Numbered from the whole stretch's first letter, positions 35,107-48,562 are shown. The stretch is DNA of 49,795 nt, filler included, from Sphacelaria rigidula (GCA_964200075.2; 3 parts of 3 records of this genome joined end to end with filler, not necessarily neighbours in it); one strand, 5' to 3'. The notes: generated by a model from the sequence alone, not told the origin. A program made the numbers and translations.

Positions 35107-36657
35107 CTACTTGTTGGTCAGCCTCTCCAATGCTGCGAGGAGGCCTTGGGTAAGCTTAGTTGTGGCCGCGACCTGCGCGGCCTGATTCTGAAGCTGCAGT
35201 GTCTGGTTTTGCGCCTGCACTCTGCGCGTCTCGGCGTCCATTTTTTCGATTTCCATCTTTTGCCTCTTCGCTTCTCTGTCGTCCGCGATTACCTCCTTGA
35301 TGGCGGTCGCCTGCAGCAGCGCGGCTCGAGCCTCGTCTTCCCTGATCTTGATCTCCCGCCGCTTCGTTTCGCCGTCGTCCGCGTGGGATGCGAAGTAGCG
35401 GGCTAACACGCTCTCGAGTTCGACATGGTTCTCCCGCCCCGCCGCCTGCCCGATCGCGGGAGGACAACCTTCTTCGCTTCGACAGGTGCGTTTCTTGGGG
35501 TCACGGGAACTGCTAGATTGGGCGGGAATAGCCAAACCCCGTGCATGAGCGGGCGTGGCGCACCAGGGGCGCATGGCCTGTTGGCGGGAGGTGGGCGAAC
35601 GAATTCAACGTCGGCTGGTGTGTGAGCGATTAGCCAAATTAAACCATAGGCGGTGGTACCGTGGCCTGCCGGTGGGGAAGGTGCCATGTCGTAAGACGCC
35701 CCTGTTGACAAAAAGTAGGATTTCCCCCCGGGTGAGTGATTTTTTGCAGGCGAAAAAGAAGAAAACGCCAGGATTTTGCAAAGGTAAGCATGCGGTCGGT
35801 GGTGTGGCAAGGCAGCCAACATACTGATATGAGATAAATGCATGCGGGAGTTTGGACACAAACGGGACGCCCGACTAATATTATACCATACGAGCCGCAC
35901 AGGACTCGGGGCTGCGCCCCGGTCCCGTCCGTTTTTTTCGAGGGTCTCGGTATCCTTGCCTTCCCAAGCCCTCGTGAGAGTAGATCCTCTCTCGAAATGT
36001 TCTTGCTCGCCGGAAACGTTGCAGGACCACCGCGATCGCGCGTCCGTTCGAACGGTCGCGAACGCACGTGTACCCCCGCACAATGTAAAGCACGAATCCG
36101 CTAACCGGACCCCTAGCATTGTCATTGGCCCGAACAGTCATCTCCCGGGGCGAGTGCGGAGCAACTTTCACACAAAAATCAGCCATAAATCTCGTAGACG
36201 CCTCGTTACAAAGTATGCTTCACGCTCGTGATTTCGAAATATTCTATATACATACTACAAGGCCAACGTCAACCTGTCCACGTCCGCATCAAATGCGCCG
36301 CCGTCCACTAACCTCCTGCACCCTGGCCTCATTTTTGTCCGCAGCGGCCTGCTTCTCTTCGGCCCTGCTACCCCCCCATTTCACAGATAAATACTCTTCT
36401 TCCTCGCGCATGATGTTGTGGCAGAGATATTCGAGTGAGTTTATCGGCGAACCTTCGAACTCCCCGCTCATACGCTCTCCGTTGAGGAGTTTTTCGCGGT
36501 GGGCGGTCATGATCCGCCGGTAGACGTCTTCTACCCGACTCTGGGTCACCCCGCCGGCCTCGGCGAACATTTCGAGGCTGTTGATCTTCTCCGTCACAGC
36601 CTGGAACCGCTTGCCCTTTTGACCGTGCGGTGCGGTGTGCACCTGCTCGGTGTACGC
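35107..36657 (-). CDS. Spliced Myb/SANT-like and coiled-coil protein, PIF/Harbinger accessory-ORF type (exons 36657-36313 and 35577-35107; first exon uncertain near 36880-36805)
   Basis: Exon A follows CTGCAG, is 345 nt and open (AYTEQVHTAPHGQKGKRFQAVTEKIN...VEDVYRRIMTAHR...SG...RVQE), and ends at GTTAGT. Exon B follows a GCTAAT branch-like motif and CAACAG, joins in phase 0 (RVQE/AMR) and encodes an E/K/R/Q-rich helix to TAG. Confidence 0.7.
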
Positions 36658-37173
36658 CTGCAGTTTGGTCGGGACGCGGGTGAAGGAGGGCATGATGAGG
36701 AGGATACTCAAACTAAATTCGCTATAAGGTGCGGACGATAGAGAAGGGTGCGGACGATGGAGGAGGGGAAGTGGTGCCGCGCACGTGTAGGTTTCGTACG
36801 TGTACCACCCGCACGCAGGAGTATAGTTCTCTTCACAAGTAACCATGTCTCGTTTTTTTCGTTGTCTCTTCCCCGTCATAGTTTTAACTCCCCGTCCTTT
36901 TCTCGGGACGAGTTCGTAGAGTTAGTTCTTCAAGGGATCAACTCAGCTCTAACCCGTGCCCGCCTCTGGAGCCTGTATGGCACGCTCTGCGGCAGTAGTA
37001 TGCGGATGCGTGCACACAGTACGGTACGGTACCGTACCGTAAGGCATATGGCGAGGTCTTCTTCCTGTAAACCTCTGATTTTATACGGCAGGGTAGTCTA
37101 CTTGGTGTGACCTACGAGGGCTGTGCACTGCGCTACATACGTGGTCATTGTGGGCTGCGTCTTTAGCGAGACG

Positions 37174-37175
37174 GT

Positions 37176-37237
<62 letters not shown>

Positions 37238-37238
37238 C
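37174..37238. repeat. (ACA)n microsatellite
   Basis: Directly visible. Confidence 0.95.
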
Positions 37239-37779
37239 GCTTCCCGAGCCCTGTGATTGGTTACTCGTTGCTGCGGTAGCACCCGCTCCATCAATGGATT
37301 CCTTTGAAGTGGTTGCAGTTCTGTTTCGAAATGTTTCTCGAGATGGTCTTCTTGGGAAATTTCTGAAGAAAAATCTGCCCTCCGGAAAAAAATTGTGCTT
37401 GTAGGGGGGAAGTTGGAAGCACGTAGCACAGGGAGACGCACGCAGATGTGGCAACGACTCAACGCGCAGGTACACATCAACTTCTCAGGCCAACACTGTC
37501 CCAGCCTGAACCAAACCATAGCTCGGGCCGCAGCTTTTTATCAACTGAATACGGTTTCCTTGGGTTGGATCGAAACGGTCACGAAAACGAACGGGATAAA
37601 TGATTTGTGTAAGACATACACGCCTCAACAAAACAACGCTATGCCGTCAACGACTGCCTTCTTTTCGGCATGCGTTCGGCCGTCCTTTTTTCCCCGTAGA
37701 AAATAAAAACCACTGTGGGTAGATGAGCCTAGGCTAAAGTCGCGGATGAAACGCGCTTGCGCTATCGTATAGATGCCTT

Positions 37780-39230
37780 TAGCGCTCGTCTTTGGCCGGT
37801 GTTGGCGAACTTCATAGTGCCGCGCAGATGTTCCTGACGATACCCCGCTCAGGAATACAGTACCTACTTGAACGTGAACGTTTATTTTTCTCTTCAAGGC
37901 TGCACGGCTTCGTTTTCGACCTGCGTGAGCTGCTAGCATAACTCATCACGCATTGCGATCACGTTTATTCCCTTGAACGAGGTCAATCATCACCGAACGC
38001 CCGTGATTCCGTCAGATGATGTTAGATTGCACATGAAAAACTCGGGGCCGATTATCTCTCGCTCGTCGATACTCGCAGGTCAACTCGGTTGGGGGAACTT
38101 TGCACGTGCGGGTGTATCTGCTCCACCAAGCCGTGTATTACCTGGAGAACAACCACCGATCATCGACAATTCACAAGTCTGCTCAGACCTGTTAATCCTT
38201 CGGCCAGTACAGCAAACACAGATCTGGCACAAAAGCTGTACCCTCCGCTGCATTCCACCATACGCTTGCTACAGACACAAACAACGATGAGAGAAATTGC
38301 TCATCGCAAATATTCATCTCTTCCTGTCCACGGAAAGCACGGCCTAATTCTGAAGATTCCCTGGGTTCAACAAGAAACTGTCACCATAATGAGGCCGCAC
38401 GAGTTCTTCAAACCCTGCTTTTGCAGTTGGGCACTACCGAGAGATTGACCGGCTGTGAAGCCGTGATCGGCCGCCTCGCCGGCATTCGAATTGCCGGGGA
38501 GAGGGGTGTTGTGTATGTGTGTTGCCACCCCATGTATTCTGGACGCCAGTCTAGACCTTTCGGTATATGTTGGCGTGCATCAGCCAGGGTCATACAGGAG
38601 GAAGGCCAACACGGGAGCCTTTTCTCTTCTTTTGTTCAAGTCCTCCACCTACCTCCTGCGCAGCTTGCCTTATTTCTTATCGCGAGAGGGGTCCAGCAGT
38701 CCCTTCCCCTCGTCGACCGTAAAGTCGAATTTTGTGTACAAACGACATGGTCGCTCTCCACTGTTGGGCATGGTGTGAGAAAAAATCCCAGATCGTGTGA
38801 CTACACCGAGGTTCGAACCCACGAGCCGACCGTCGGAAGGCTTAGAGGTTACCAACTGAGCCACCGGGGAGACCGGCATGAGAACATGGATTATTCGGTC
38901 GCTGGCGACGAGGAGACATTCCGGTTTTGTACCACCTGATCAGAACCCTATCCCAACAAGTACTCCTGGCCAAGGATGTACGTCGGCAAGGCAAGTAAGG
39001 TAGCTAATGGGACACCAAAGGGCCGCGTGTGGGTTCGATTTGCCGCAACGGGCATAATCGTGGCGAAGGATCGTTCGTTGTCCATGGGTCAAATTTCCCC
39101 CCCGGAAGCGACTTGGAGACGAAGTGACTCAGGCAGACCTGACGTTGACGATAACCCAGAAAATAGTGATCTCAAGGTCTGCTCCAGCTGTATCGTTCCA
39201 TAAGAAGGATGGTTTTCGTACATGAACACG
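37780..39230 (-). pseudogene. Heavily decayed PIF/Harbinger (DDE_Tnp_4-like) transposase, interrupted by a SINE
   Basis: Collinear fragments LLALPTYILGQEYLLG, GLKNSCGLI(DGT-like) and LKRKINVHVQVGTVFLSG..VRNICAAL resemble N-terminal, catalytic and C-terminal Harbinger motifs. Adjacent to a Myb/SANT-like gene. Confidence 0.5.
38505..38877 (-). mobile_element. tRNA-derived SINE, copy 2
   Basis: A-box TGGCTCAGTTGG, B-box GGTTCGAACC, body homologous to 1-345, CA-rich tail. Confidence 0.82.
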
Positions 39231-41479
39231 TGTCACGTACGATCATGATTGTGATGGTCTTGTCGAGAAAGATCCGTGCCGCATCGAGAGTTAGCCCGGG
39301 ACAGCGCATCTGGTTCAAGAGGGTAGACATGATTCATACCGCCCCTAGTGTTCCCAAGTGTACAACATGGTGACGGTTTTTCGCTGGGCGCCTGGGTCGG
39401 TTGCTCGGCGTTATGGTGGTGCTGCGCTCTTGAGTGCACCGCCGTACGGTGCTGTGATTCAGTGGAAATATATCATCCACTGTATTCACCGCATGGTGTG
39501 TCTTGACTTCTTTCTGCCAATCTATCCACTCGTGAGCGATTAACGCGGGGACACTCTACGATATCCTCTGCGCAAGACGACATCAAGCAAAATATCTCTG
39601 CACATACAAGCACCGCATCTCCAGTACACATCAAAGTATTGCAGGACACGGTCGGCAGTATTCACTCACTGTTTGCCTCATTATAACTGCAGGTATTCGA
39701 GGTTCCAACACTATAACACTTTCTTTCGAAGAAGGAACATACACTACCGTGAAAACCTAATTTTTCAACTGAGGGGGCACATATGACAAGACAGGAGGTG
39801 TTTCGATCGTTGATGCAACCAGAGAGAGAGAAGGATTGAGGGAGCCACTAAGGAACAGGGTCCCCGTGTATCTAATGCTCCCGCAGCCGCGCTCATCATA
39901 CCCTCCGTCGCGGTCGCTCCCATCGTTCTAGATGTACTTTTACTCGAAACACCCGTCCGATGTCTCTCTCATGACCTACTTTTCTGTACGTGGACCTTAA
40001 TTGCAAAAATAGACGCTGAATGGTGTACTACTGTGCAGTATCGCTCTATCTAGAAAGCTGCAGAAAGCAAGCCTCGGAGCAGGGGTGGGACGAACAATGA
40101 TTCATTCGTCCGAAAATCACTTGCTTTTACAGTAGTGTCATTGATTCGTACCGTATGAATCAATCCTTGGAGATTGCTCTCAGCGTTGCACCCCAGGTAC
40201 GCGCACCCCAGGCGCGTGGAATAGCGCAGAGTTTGCGTGGAGACGGTCTTGACCCGCGGTCAACGTTTTCCTCTCTTGTGAGCAATGAAGCCTCAGAAAT
40301 CATACGCTTGGGTAATTAGAACTAGAGATGATTCTTCCGACCTTGGGATTCTTGTGCTCCTAGTGACTACGAGTACCAATGTGGACTCTAGACTGGGCAC
40401 GAGAGAGCATGACAGCGCACGACAGTACAGAGGAGTATAACAGTTGTAATCGTGCGGGTCCACGCTGCGTTTGTTCTACATCGCAATGTTGGCGCCTCGT
40501 CATAGGATAGCGAGATCTTCCAAGTCTATCCCTACTGTTGATCGCGGCGTAGAATATAGAGTATATTGATTGACAAAACTTGCACCGAGTACAGTGCCGA
40601 ATTTTTTGCCCGTTCGTAGTGCGTCATACTTGCACCTCCAACAGATCACCTTCAACTCAGATGAACCTTGAACAACAGTACGCAACGACGCAATCACTGC
40701 GGGAGAAGAACGCGCGACAAACATGAAGTTATACCAGCCGACTCGGAATGCGGCCTGATTACTGGTTCACTTTACCTCTATTTCATTCTACACCGCGGAA
40801 CGGTGCAGGTCAACCCAAGTTGTCCAGAGACGCTAATATTTACAGTTGCGGAGTCCTCGACTCCCGCTACGATGTGGTCGTGGGGGAAATGAGAAACCGG
40901 AGCTGAAGACAAACGACACGACAGGTTGGTTCAGGGTGGATGTCCAAAATTCATTTCCCACTGGATACAGAAAGCAAAACTGATCCAATAGAACAATATT
41001 TGGTATCATAACATAGTGACCCCCCACGAGCAAGCGAACAGTGTGATATGGCCAGATTTTTCTTGCTCGCGTCCTTTGCCATGGCGCTGGTGGTGAAAAT
41101 ATTCCTCGGCCAATCAGCAACTTCCAACTTGTTCTGAAATCAAAAACGCGAATTTTCGACTCCATTTGCACCCAATCTTTTCACGAATCAAACCTCAGTA
41201 ACCGCCACTAGCCACGGAATCTAACGCAAAAACACAGATCCGAAAACGGTTTATATGGGATTAAGGTATACCCAAAAACGTGGTATTACGGTGATGTGGG
41301 GTTTTGGTGTCGTCGGATTTCCACTGATAATATGCATCGAAGACCCAGAAGGCCTCTTGACGTTTTTCCTTGTAATTGACGTAGGAAGGCTCCGATCATC
41401 CTCAAACTTGGCAGTTGCGTAGATATGGGTACTACGAACAGGAAGAAAAAAAAATGTTCTAAAGTTAAAAGGTTGTCTT

Positions 41480-41950
41480 CTGTGAGGTACGGGTACGTTC
41501 TGTAGAGTATGACATTCCGTACAGAGTTTACAGAACTGTCGGGCGCCGGTATAAAAGTCTCAAAGACTTTACAGAACTTGTCGGGCACGGTACGGGAGGC
41601 TCACAGAGAACCGGTACCCGCAGTCGGGTGTATACCCGCCCCTCGGGTTCGAGTAGATGTGATGTACAGAACTTACAGAACTGTCGGGTACCGGTATGAA
41701 AGTGATACAGACTTTACAGAACTTGTCGGGTACGGTATGAGAGGCTTACAGAAAACCCGTACCAGTAATCGGGTAACTCTTTTCGGGTGTACCCGCCCTT
41801 CGGGTTCGGGTAAATGTGTTGTACAGAACGTACAGAACTATCGGGTAAGGGTATGAAAGTCTTACAGAGATGACAGAACTGTCGGGTACGGTACATACCC
41901 GGAAACATACCCTGGGTATACAGAAAACCGTACCTTACAGAACACAACCT
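41480..41950 (+). repeat. Minisatellite-like array of about 30-bp TACAGAACT(T)GTCGGGTACGGTAT units
   Basis: At least six degenerate units with irregular spacing. Confidence 0.85.
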
Positions 41951-42427
41951 TGTGAAGTTCATACTCTCTCCACCAGCTTCCGGGGGCCCCAGCATGAAGA
42001 CCCCCCAGAAACTGGCCCAGCCTACGAGCGAATTTGAAGTTTGCAAGCCCACTCGTCGGCCAATACTTAGAGTTAGCCCCTAAAAATTGGTATTGACAAT
42101 AAATAGGGCATACCAAAAAAATTACTCTCCGCATTTTTGTTCATTTTTGTCATGAGTTAAGGGCATTTTACTGATACCTGAAAACTGATTGATGCCCTCA
42201 CCTAATGCAAAACAGAGAAAAAACTTTCTTTGCAGATGTAGCTTTTTTATCATGCTCTATTCACTGTCCATACCAAATTTTAGGGCTCTAAATATTGGCC
42301 GACGAATGGGCCGTCTAGTAATCGGGTGGGTAGAAATTCGGAACAGTATTTCGAAGGCCACTTACCGGCCCACGCTTGGTGTTTGTGTACGTATTGAAAT
42401 TCTGTGTGGGACCTCGCTAGGGTGAAA

Positions 42428-42806
42428 GGCCGCTCCTTACAACAGACAAGGATAAAAATCTGGAAAAGTGCCTTCCTGAGCTTTCACGTCGTTTTACGCC
42501 TCAAAAGAGAGCTAAGTGGAGTTTGGCACCTTGGAATGAAATGCTCTACTACATTTTCCCGTGTAATGGATTTCTTCTAGATTTGACTGTTTTTTAGTGT
42601 TCTTGGACAAAAATTCATGTTTGGCCAACATAAAAACTGCGGCCACCGGAAAGCGGGAAGATGTCCTGGAACCGCCTCAACTAGTGGACCAATTAATTTC
42701 GAGGTGTCAAACTCCACCTAGCTATCTTTTGAGGCGTAAAACGACGTAAAAGCTTCAGGAGGGCACTTTTCCAGATTTTCATTCTTGTCTGTTACAAGGA
42801 GCGGCC
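42428..42806. mobile_element. MITE with TIRs of about 110 bp (Tourist/Harbinger-like ends)
   Basis: GGCCGCTCCTT...TTTTACGCCTCAAAAGA is mirrored at 42700-42806; right flank TAA. Confidence 0.88.
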
Positions 42807-42965
42807 TAATGAACAAAAAAAAGTAGGTCAGGTTGGTATATACTTCGCATATATTTCTTCACTGGTTTCGGGCATTTTAGTATGGTAACGGCCATTTTTC
42901 ACGACAACGCCCGAACCTCACCTAAAAAAAAAGAAAAGCAGACCCATTCATTTTCATTCAGAATA

Positions 42966-44069
42966 CAGGCTGGGCCGCTTAAGAGGCGGACAGGGATGTA
43001 AACACGCGATTTGACAGCTGAGTTTCAGGTTGTTTTCGATGAAATTTTGACACGATGTACAGGATGTATGTGCCAAGACGCCACTTTCCCCCCCCCCACA
43101 CATATATATATATATATTGAAGTTATTCACGATTTTGTTCCGAAAAAACTGTTCTGAAATATTTGGTCGCCGATAACTCACGGGGGAAAATACAAAATGT
43201 AGAGGGGGAAAATTGGCGTCTATGCACATACATCATGTACATCGTGCCAAAATTTCATAGAAAACAAACTGAAACTCAGCTGTTAAATCGCGTGTTCGTG
43301 TCCAAGACTGGTTATATGTGGAGATGAACCAGCCACGAAAAAATGAAACGCGGTTATGCTGTTGAAAATCAAGTATTTTTTCACGAAATTTCGACACGAT
43401 GCGCATGAGGTATGTTGTGAACTCCCTACTGTCCCCCCTTGACATTTTTTAATGAGTTGTCGACGCTTTTGCACCAGAAAAAAACTGTTCTGAATTTTAC
43501 ATCAATAACATACGAGAAAAAAAAAAAAGAGGGGGCAAACGGTAGGGGATTCACATATACCCCCTGTATACCGTGTCAAAATTTAAATGGAAAACTACTT
43601 CAAATTGAGCAGTGAAATCGCGTTTTTCTGTCGAGAACCGGTTCACTTGCTTTTAGAGTACAATAACCTCAGCCGGAACTTTGAAGTTTTCTACAAGCGC
43701 GACGCCTTGGCGCGCTGGAGATCTCGTCTGCGTGCCATCTCAGACACTGCGCACCTACAGTACGACATGCCTAGTTGTACAAGCACAACTAGTGCAGCGC
43801 CATCACTTTGCGGCCGCGGCACAACTGACTGTAACCGTTTTTCCCCCCTAATTCCGCCGCACATGCCAGGCTCAACTCTCTACACTTCGCAGCTGACTGC
43901 AGCTTGGTATTTCGTTTGATGGGAACTTGTCAGATCGCAGTGCTACGTGAAGTGAAAGGCGCGCGTTGATTTGCAGATTACCGCGATGTGTCATAGTAGG
44001 CACAACTCGCGATAGATCATCAGTTAGAATCGGCTGAAGGAAAGTCCGCTTCTTAGGCGGCCCAGCCTG
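42966..44069. mobile_element. Non-autonomous Tc1/mariner-type element
   Basis: 26-bp TIRs CAGGCTGGGCCGC(T/C)TAAGA(G/A)GCGGAC, flanked by TA on both sides. Confidence 0.88.
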
Positions 44070-45239
44070 TACCTCTGTAGTTTTTCGTGCCAAGTTTCAA
44101 ATCACAGTTCTAAACATTGAGGTAAAAAATTGAGATAAGGCCCAATAGCAGTGTTCATTTCTCCTCAAAACTCCCCTCTGTATAGAAACGAAAAGAAGAA
44201 AAAAAAAACGAAAAAAATGAAAGAAGCTAAATTTTATTGTATAATGCACTATTGATATCAATAGCGGTCCTTCATACGAAATTTCATACAACAACTCTCG
44301 AAAACTGAGACGCGATATCCCGATTTAGGGCATCTAGTGCCTCGTTCGTAATATATTGATTTTAGTATGGAACCTTATTTGCGCCATATCTCGAGATATA
44401 TTACGAATCAGGTGAAGGTAAGGGTACCGATCGTCTTCCCGTGATCCAGGGAATGTCCACATAAAAAAATCGTCATCCGCTGAATGTATCGTTCACGGTT
44501 TCATATGGATTTTAATATAGGCGCTACCTCCGTACGGTTCAGGAATGGCTAGACATGGGGTTTGATCGACGAGAAAATATTGAGCCAGACTTTTGAGCAG
44601 ATGGGCACCTTCTCCTTGATCAGACGATTAATACCATGTGCGGATCACGGCCCAACTCGACTGTGTCGATGATATATTACCTTGAGAACTCAAATCCTTT
44701 TCTAGGCTGGCCCAGCTTGTACTACAACCGAGTAATTGGGGGGGTTCCGCGTACATCCGTGTACTTCAACTCACAAGCGGCCAAATGTTTACGCCATTTT
44801 TGGAGTTAGAGGCTGAAATTATGCATGCCGGTGCTCTGAGATAGGTTTTTCAATGGGGTCTTTCATTTTTGTTTTCGCGTGATATCCGGGGTCCCAGGAG
44901 TGGGGTCACCCCCATTCATACAGCCCTTGTAAGTATCTCAAAGCAGTCGTATGCAAAACTTCAGGGTCTAACTGAAAAAACGGCGTGAGCAATCGCTCGG
45001 GCGTGAATTTCGGTCGTTCACCCTCAACCTGCCTGTATTTCGTGAGGTTACGTGCATGATGGTGAACTCTGGAACCAATATCCAACAAACTCTGACGCCA
45101 TACTGATAGGGGCTGCGCGTGTGAGTGGTTGCAGGTAGTACAGTGTGACTCATGCAACGAACACGAACGAAGTCCTACGCGCGAAGATGGACATAATGAC
45201 CGAGATTTATACGAAAACGGTATCTACTACGCCTCCTTA

Positions 45240-48200
45240 GGACGTGTCTTATCAAGTTTTTTCCGACTCGAAAACATGCGGTCGAATCGAACTGGTCGTT
45301 GCGAGACCGAATCTGATACGCCCATGGCATTGATGTTCCTAGATGGCTTCAAGTCCATTTTATAATTAGTTGCGCGCGACGGGCAGGGTCAAAAACAGAA
45401 AAGCTTAGCTTTTCGAGCGAAACGAGCGGTGGAATGAACGAAGCGGCACGTAACTCCCATGTTGCAGACAACCGCGCCAGATACTACTCTTTCACAGAGG
45501 TACGCAAAACCCATATTATTCGTTTGCAGCTATTGAATACTTACTCAACCTTGCGGCACAGTAGATCACGAACTGAGCGCAGGGATACAGGTATACACCC
45601 ACTCCAGTGATAGGAAACCGAGATCACCACTGTTTTGGGATGGTGTGTGCCTTATTATTCGCGAAAACTTCGACATCTATTTTGTGGTAGAGTCCACCGA
45701 CGGAGTTGCGTGCTGGGGTGGGCGATCGAATTGCCAACGAGCTCATGGACATTCGAGGAGGTGCAAAACTGCACATGGTTTAAATCTGCTTCGCATACTC
45801 TTGTATGTAGAGAGTCAGAAAGCTGTGCTATCTGTCAAATCTGCTGTATGTTGCGTTGCCCGCTTCTTTTCCACATCGCGGCTGCATGCTGAGCGAAACA
45901 CACGCACCATCTACACAACACAGTAGTACAGGTTGCCACTGTTGTACAGTCTGTACTTGATCGATTGACTGATATATAGGTAAAGAAGTACCTATGTTGC
46001 AGACAACTCTGCCACATACCGCCCTTTCACAGAATTACGCAAAACCCAAATGGTTCATTCGCAGCTACGTACCCAACCCTGCGGCATAGATCGCGAACTC
46101 AGCACAGGAATATATACTGCAGCAGTGATAGAAACAGACACCAACCACACTTTGAGCATGATGTGTTCCTTCTTGTTGGCAAAAACTTGGGCATCTAAGG
46201 CCGTATCTTATCAAATTGTTTTTGACTCGAAAACGTACGGTGGAATCAAATTTGCTCGTACCTGATACCAGTCCTGCGCCAAAAGAAACATATATATATA
46301 TATATATTTCAGAACAGAATTTGAGCTCTTTTCACCCCTAGCGCGCTGCTGCAACGCCCAACCCCGGATCTGGAGGCACGGGTTTGTTGATTGTCGTCTA
46401 CATGAGATGTCCGCAAAGTTTCGGAGCATAGAAGCGACGACAGCGCGCGCATGACCGTGCCTCCTGCCCCGAGCATCTCTACAGTCGATACCGGAATGTG
46501 TTTTTTATAGATTGTCATCATCCACCCGCGGCGGCAGAAATGATCTATGTTTGTTTGCGAGCACTTCAGTCTCCCAGGTGGTTACGATGCGGAAGTGAGT
46601 GCGCTATCACGTCCACATGTGCATTCACTCACGGTACACAGCATCTCGGCCGCCAGGTAATCGTTTTGAGGCCATACAGACGGTATTACCCAAAACTGGA
46701 ATTCGCTTCATTTAATTTACTCACCGAGGGAAAGTGGCTGTCCTCCGCTACATACACTGGCTGTGGTGTGCCCGACTGGTGCACCAAGTTTCACGTGGGT
46801 GCCTGCAGCAGCGGTCGAGAACTTCACAATCAAAAATGAAGCGCAAAAGTCGAAAATGGCACCGGGCAACCGTCGAAAGATACACCAGCTGCAGTTACGC
46901 CGCATAATCCTCGGACGAAACCATACTGGCGCAAACACTGCGCCCCTGCGGCAGCACAAGAGAGATGGGGACAAGGGGGCAACCGTACTTGCCAGCACTG
47001 TGGATTTGGCTTCGCCACATCGCCCCGCCAACCGATATGCCATCAATCATGTCGGCATTAACAGGGCATGCGCATCTAGTGTTGTGTTCCTAATGCACGC
47101 CGTACTGAGCTGCAGGCGACAGAATGCTGTACACGATGGCACTGCCGAGCATTGTACAGACAGTAGCTTTGTACAGTAGTAGTAGTCACACATCAGAAAA
47201 AGGGGTGCAGCACATCACACATTTTTCATACTGTATTTTATGTGAAGTTTACAGTTTTAAAAGGCGGCGCATTTGGCTGTGCAAGGCATGCATGCACTAA
47301 AGTGTGTCGTGTTACTTGCTCGTTGAAGCAAATGGCCTAATTCCCTTTGATGTGGATTGAATACATCGTGCACTAGCCGGAACACGTCCTTTTGGCCTGC
47401 TGCCCTGAGCGTGGTCGCCACCTATCGGCGTTGCATTGTGCACGAGATGCACTAATGCAGAGCACCACAATTCAGACCACCCCACGCGGGAAATCATCAC
47501 TATTTCAGCCAGAAATATACACCCACGATCCCGCGTTGAGCAAAGCTTGCAATCGATGCCACGTGCTGAGCCGATGCTCCCTTGTGTCGGGCCCGCTGCT
47601 CGTGTGAACTTTGTCTACTTCACGGCTGATTTCAGCCGAATACTTGTCAAATGATTCTTCTATGCGGGCATGCCGGTATTGGATTGTTTTATTTTATTTT
47701 GGCGCAGGATTGATACGTCCACCGCATTCATGTTCTCAACCATCTCAGAAAATTAGTAGCGGGGACGAATCAGAAACGAGCGAATTCGATTCGACCGCAC
47801 GTTTTCGACACCAAAACAATTTGATAAGACACGGCCTAATTTTGTGGCAGGGTCCACTGACGGAGTTGCGTGTCGGGGTGGGCGATCGAACTGCCAACGC
47901 GCTGATGGACAGTAGAGTCGTTGAAAAACGGCACGTGGCTCAAAATCTGCTTCGCATCTTCTTGTATCCAGAGAGTCAGGAAGCTGTGCTGCCTGTCAAA
48001 TCTGCTGTGTGCCGCGTTACCCGCTTCTTTTCCACGTCGCGCCCGCATGCTGTGCGAAACACACACCATCTGAACAGTACAGGCCGCCACTGTTCCACAG
48101 TCTGTACTGTCTGTGCTGTACTGTACTGTGTGTTGAATACAAGTAAACAAGTACCGCTTCAAGATTTTCGTTTCGCCTTTTCGATTCAAAGCGTGCAAAT

Positions 48201-48289
48201 TCGCTCGGACCCAAACCTAGGAAAGCGAACTGAATCAGTTCCGCCGCACGAACTCGTTCGAGTCGGAAAAGAAATGATAAGACACTGCC
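45240..48289. mobile_element. Non-autonomous PIF/Harbinger-type element (outer) with an internal duplication of about 530 bp
   Basis: Ends GGACGTGTCTTATCA... and ...TGATAAGACACTGCC, with TTA on both flanks (45237-45239, 48290-48292). Confidence 0.8.
46199..47836. mobile_element. Non-autonomous PIF/Harbinger-type element (inner)
   Basis: TIRs of about 70 bp, GGCCGT(A/G)TCTTATCAAATTGTTTT; TAA TSD at 46196-46198 and 47837-47839. Removing it restores the host repeat seen intact at about 45660-45700. Confidence 0.88.
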
Positions 48290-48562
48290 TTAGAGAAAGT
48301 ATTTACCACAAATTAGCAGACCGTGGGGTTAGAATCGAGTCGGCCTTTTTCGACATCACTACAATGGTATGCTACACTGCAGTATCAGAATATTTGTGAT
48401 TCCTCGCACCATTGTTTTTGATGATTCCACCAAGTCTATCTTTCATTGGAGGGTGTTAACAAACGTGACGCCGACCGGGTGAAGCCCAGAGCGCGCTACA
48501 CTGCTCTAAAACAGCACACATGCAGCGCAAAACGCGAAAAGTACTCTGCAGAAGTGCTTCAC

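Larger units (their letters stand above)
41990..44340 (-). mobile_element. Non-coding interspersed element, copy 2, carrying two nested insertions
   Basis: Reverse-complement homology to 16880-18130 once 42428-42806 and 42966-44069 are removed. Confidence 0.75.

Noticed and set aside
40500..41200. Another Harbinger transposase C-terminal fragment (KFAF/DFRTSWKL)
   Set aside because: The resemblance is too short and not collinear enough to call without an HMM search.
41480..41950. Repeat array of about 30 bp as a CRISPR
   Set aside because: Units are degenerate and abutting, with no unique constant-length spacers, no cas genes and a eukaryotic context.
47611..48399. 262-aa ORF
   Set aside because: It runs across TIRs and internal repeats of nested non-autonomous elements, has a non-ATG start and shows no motif.
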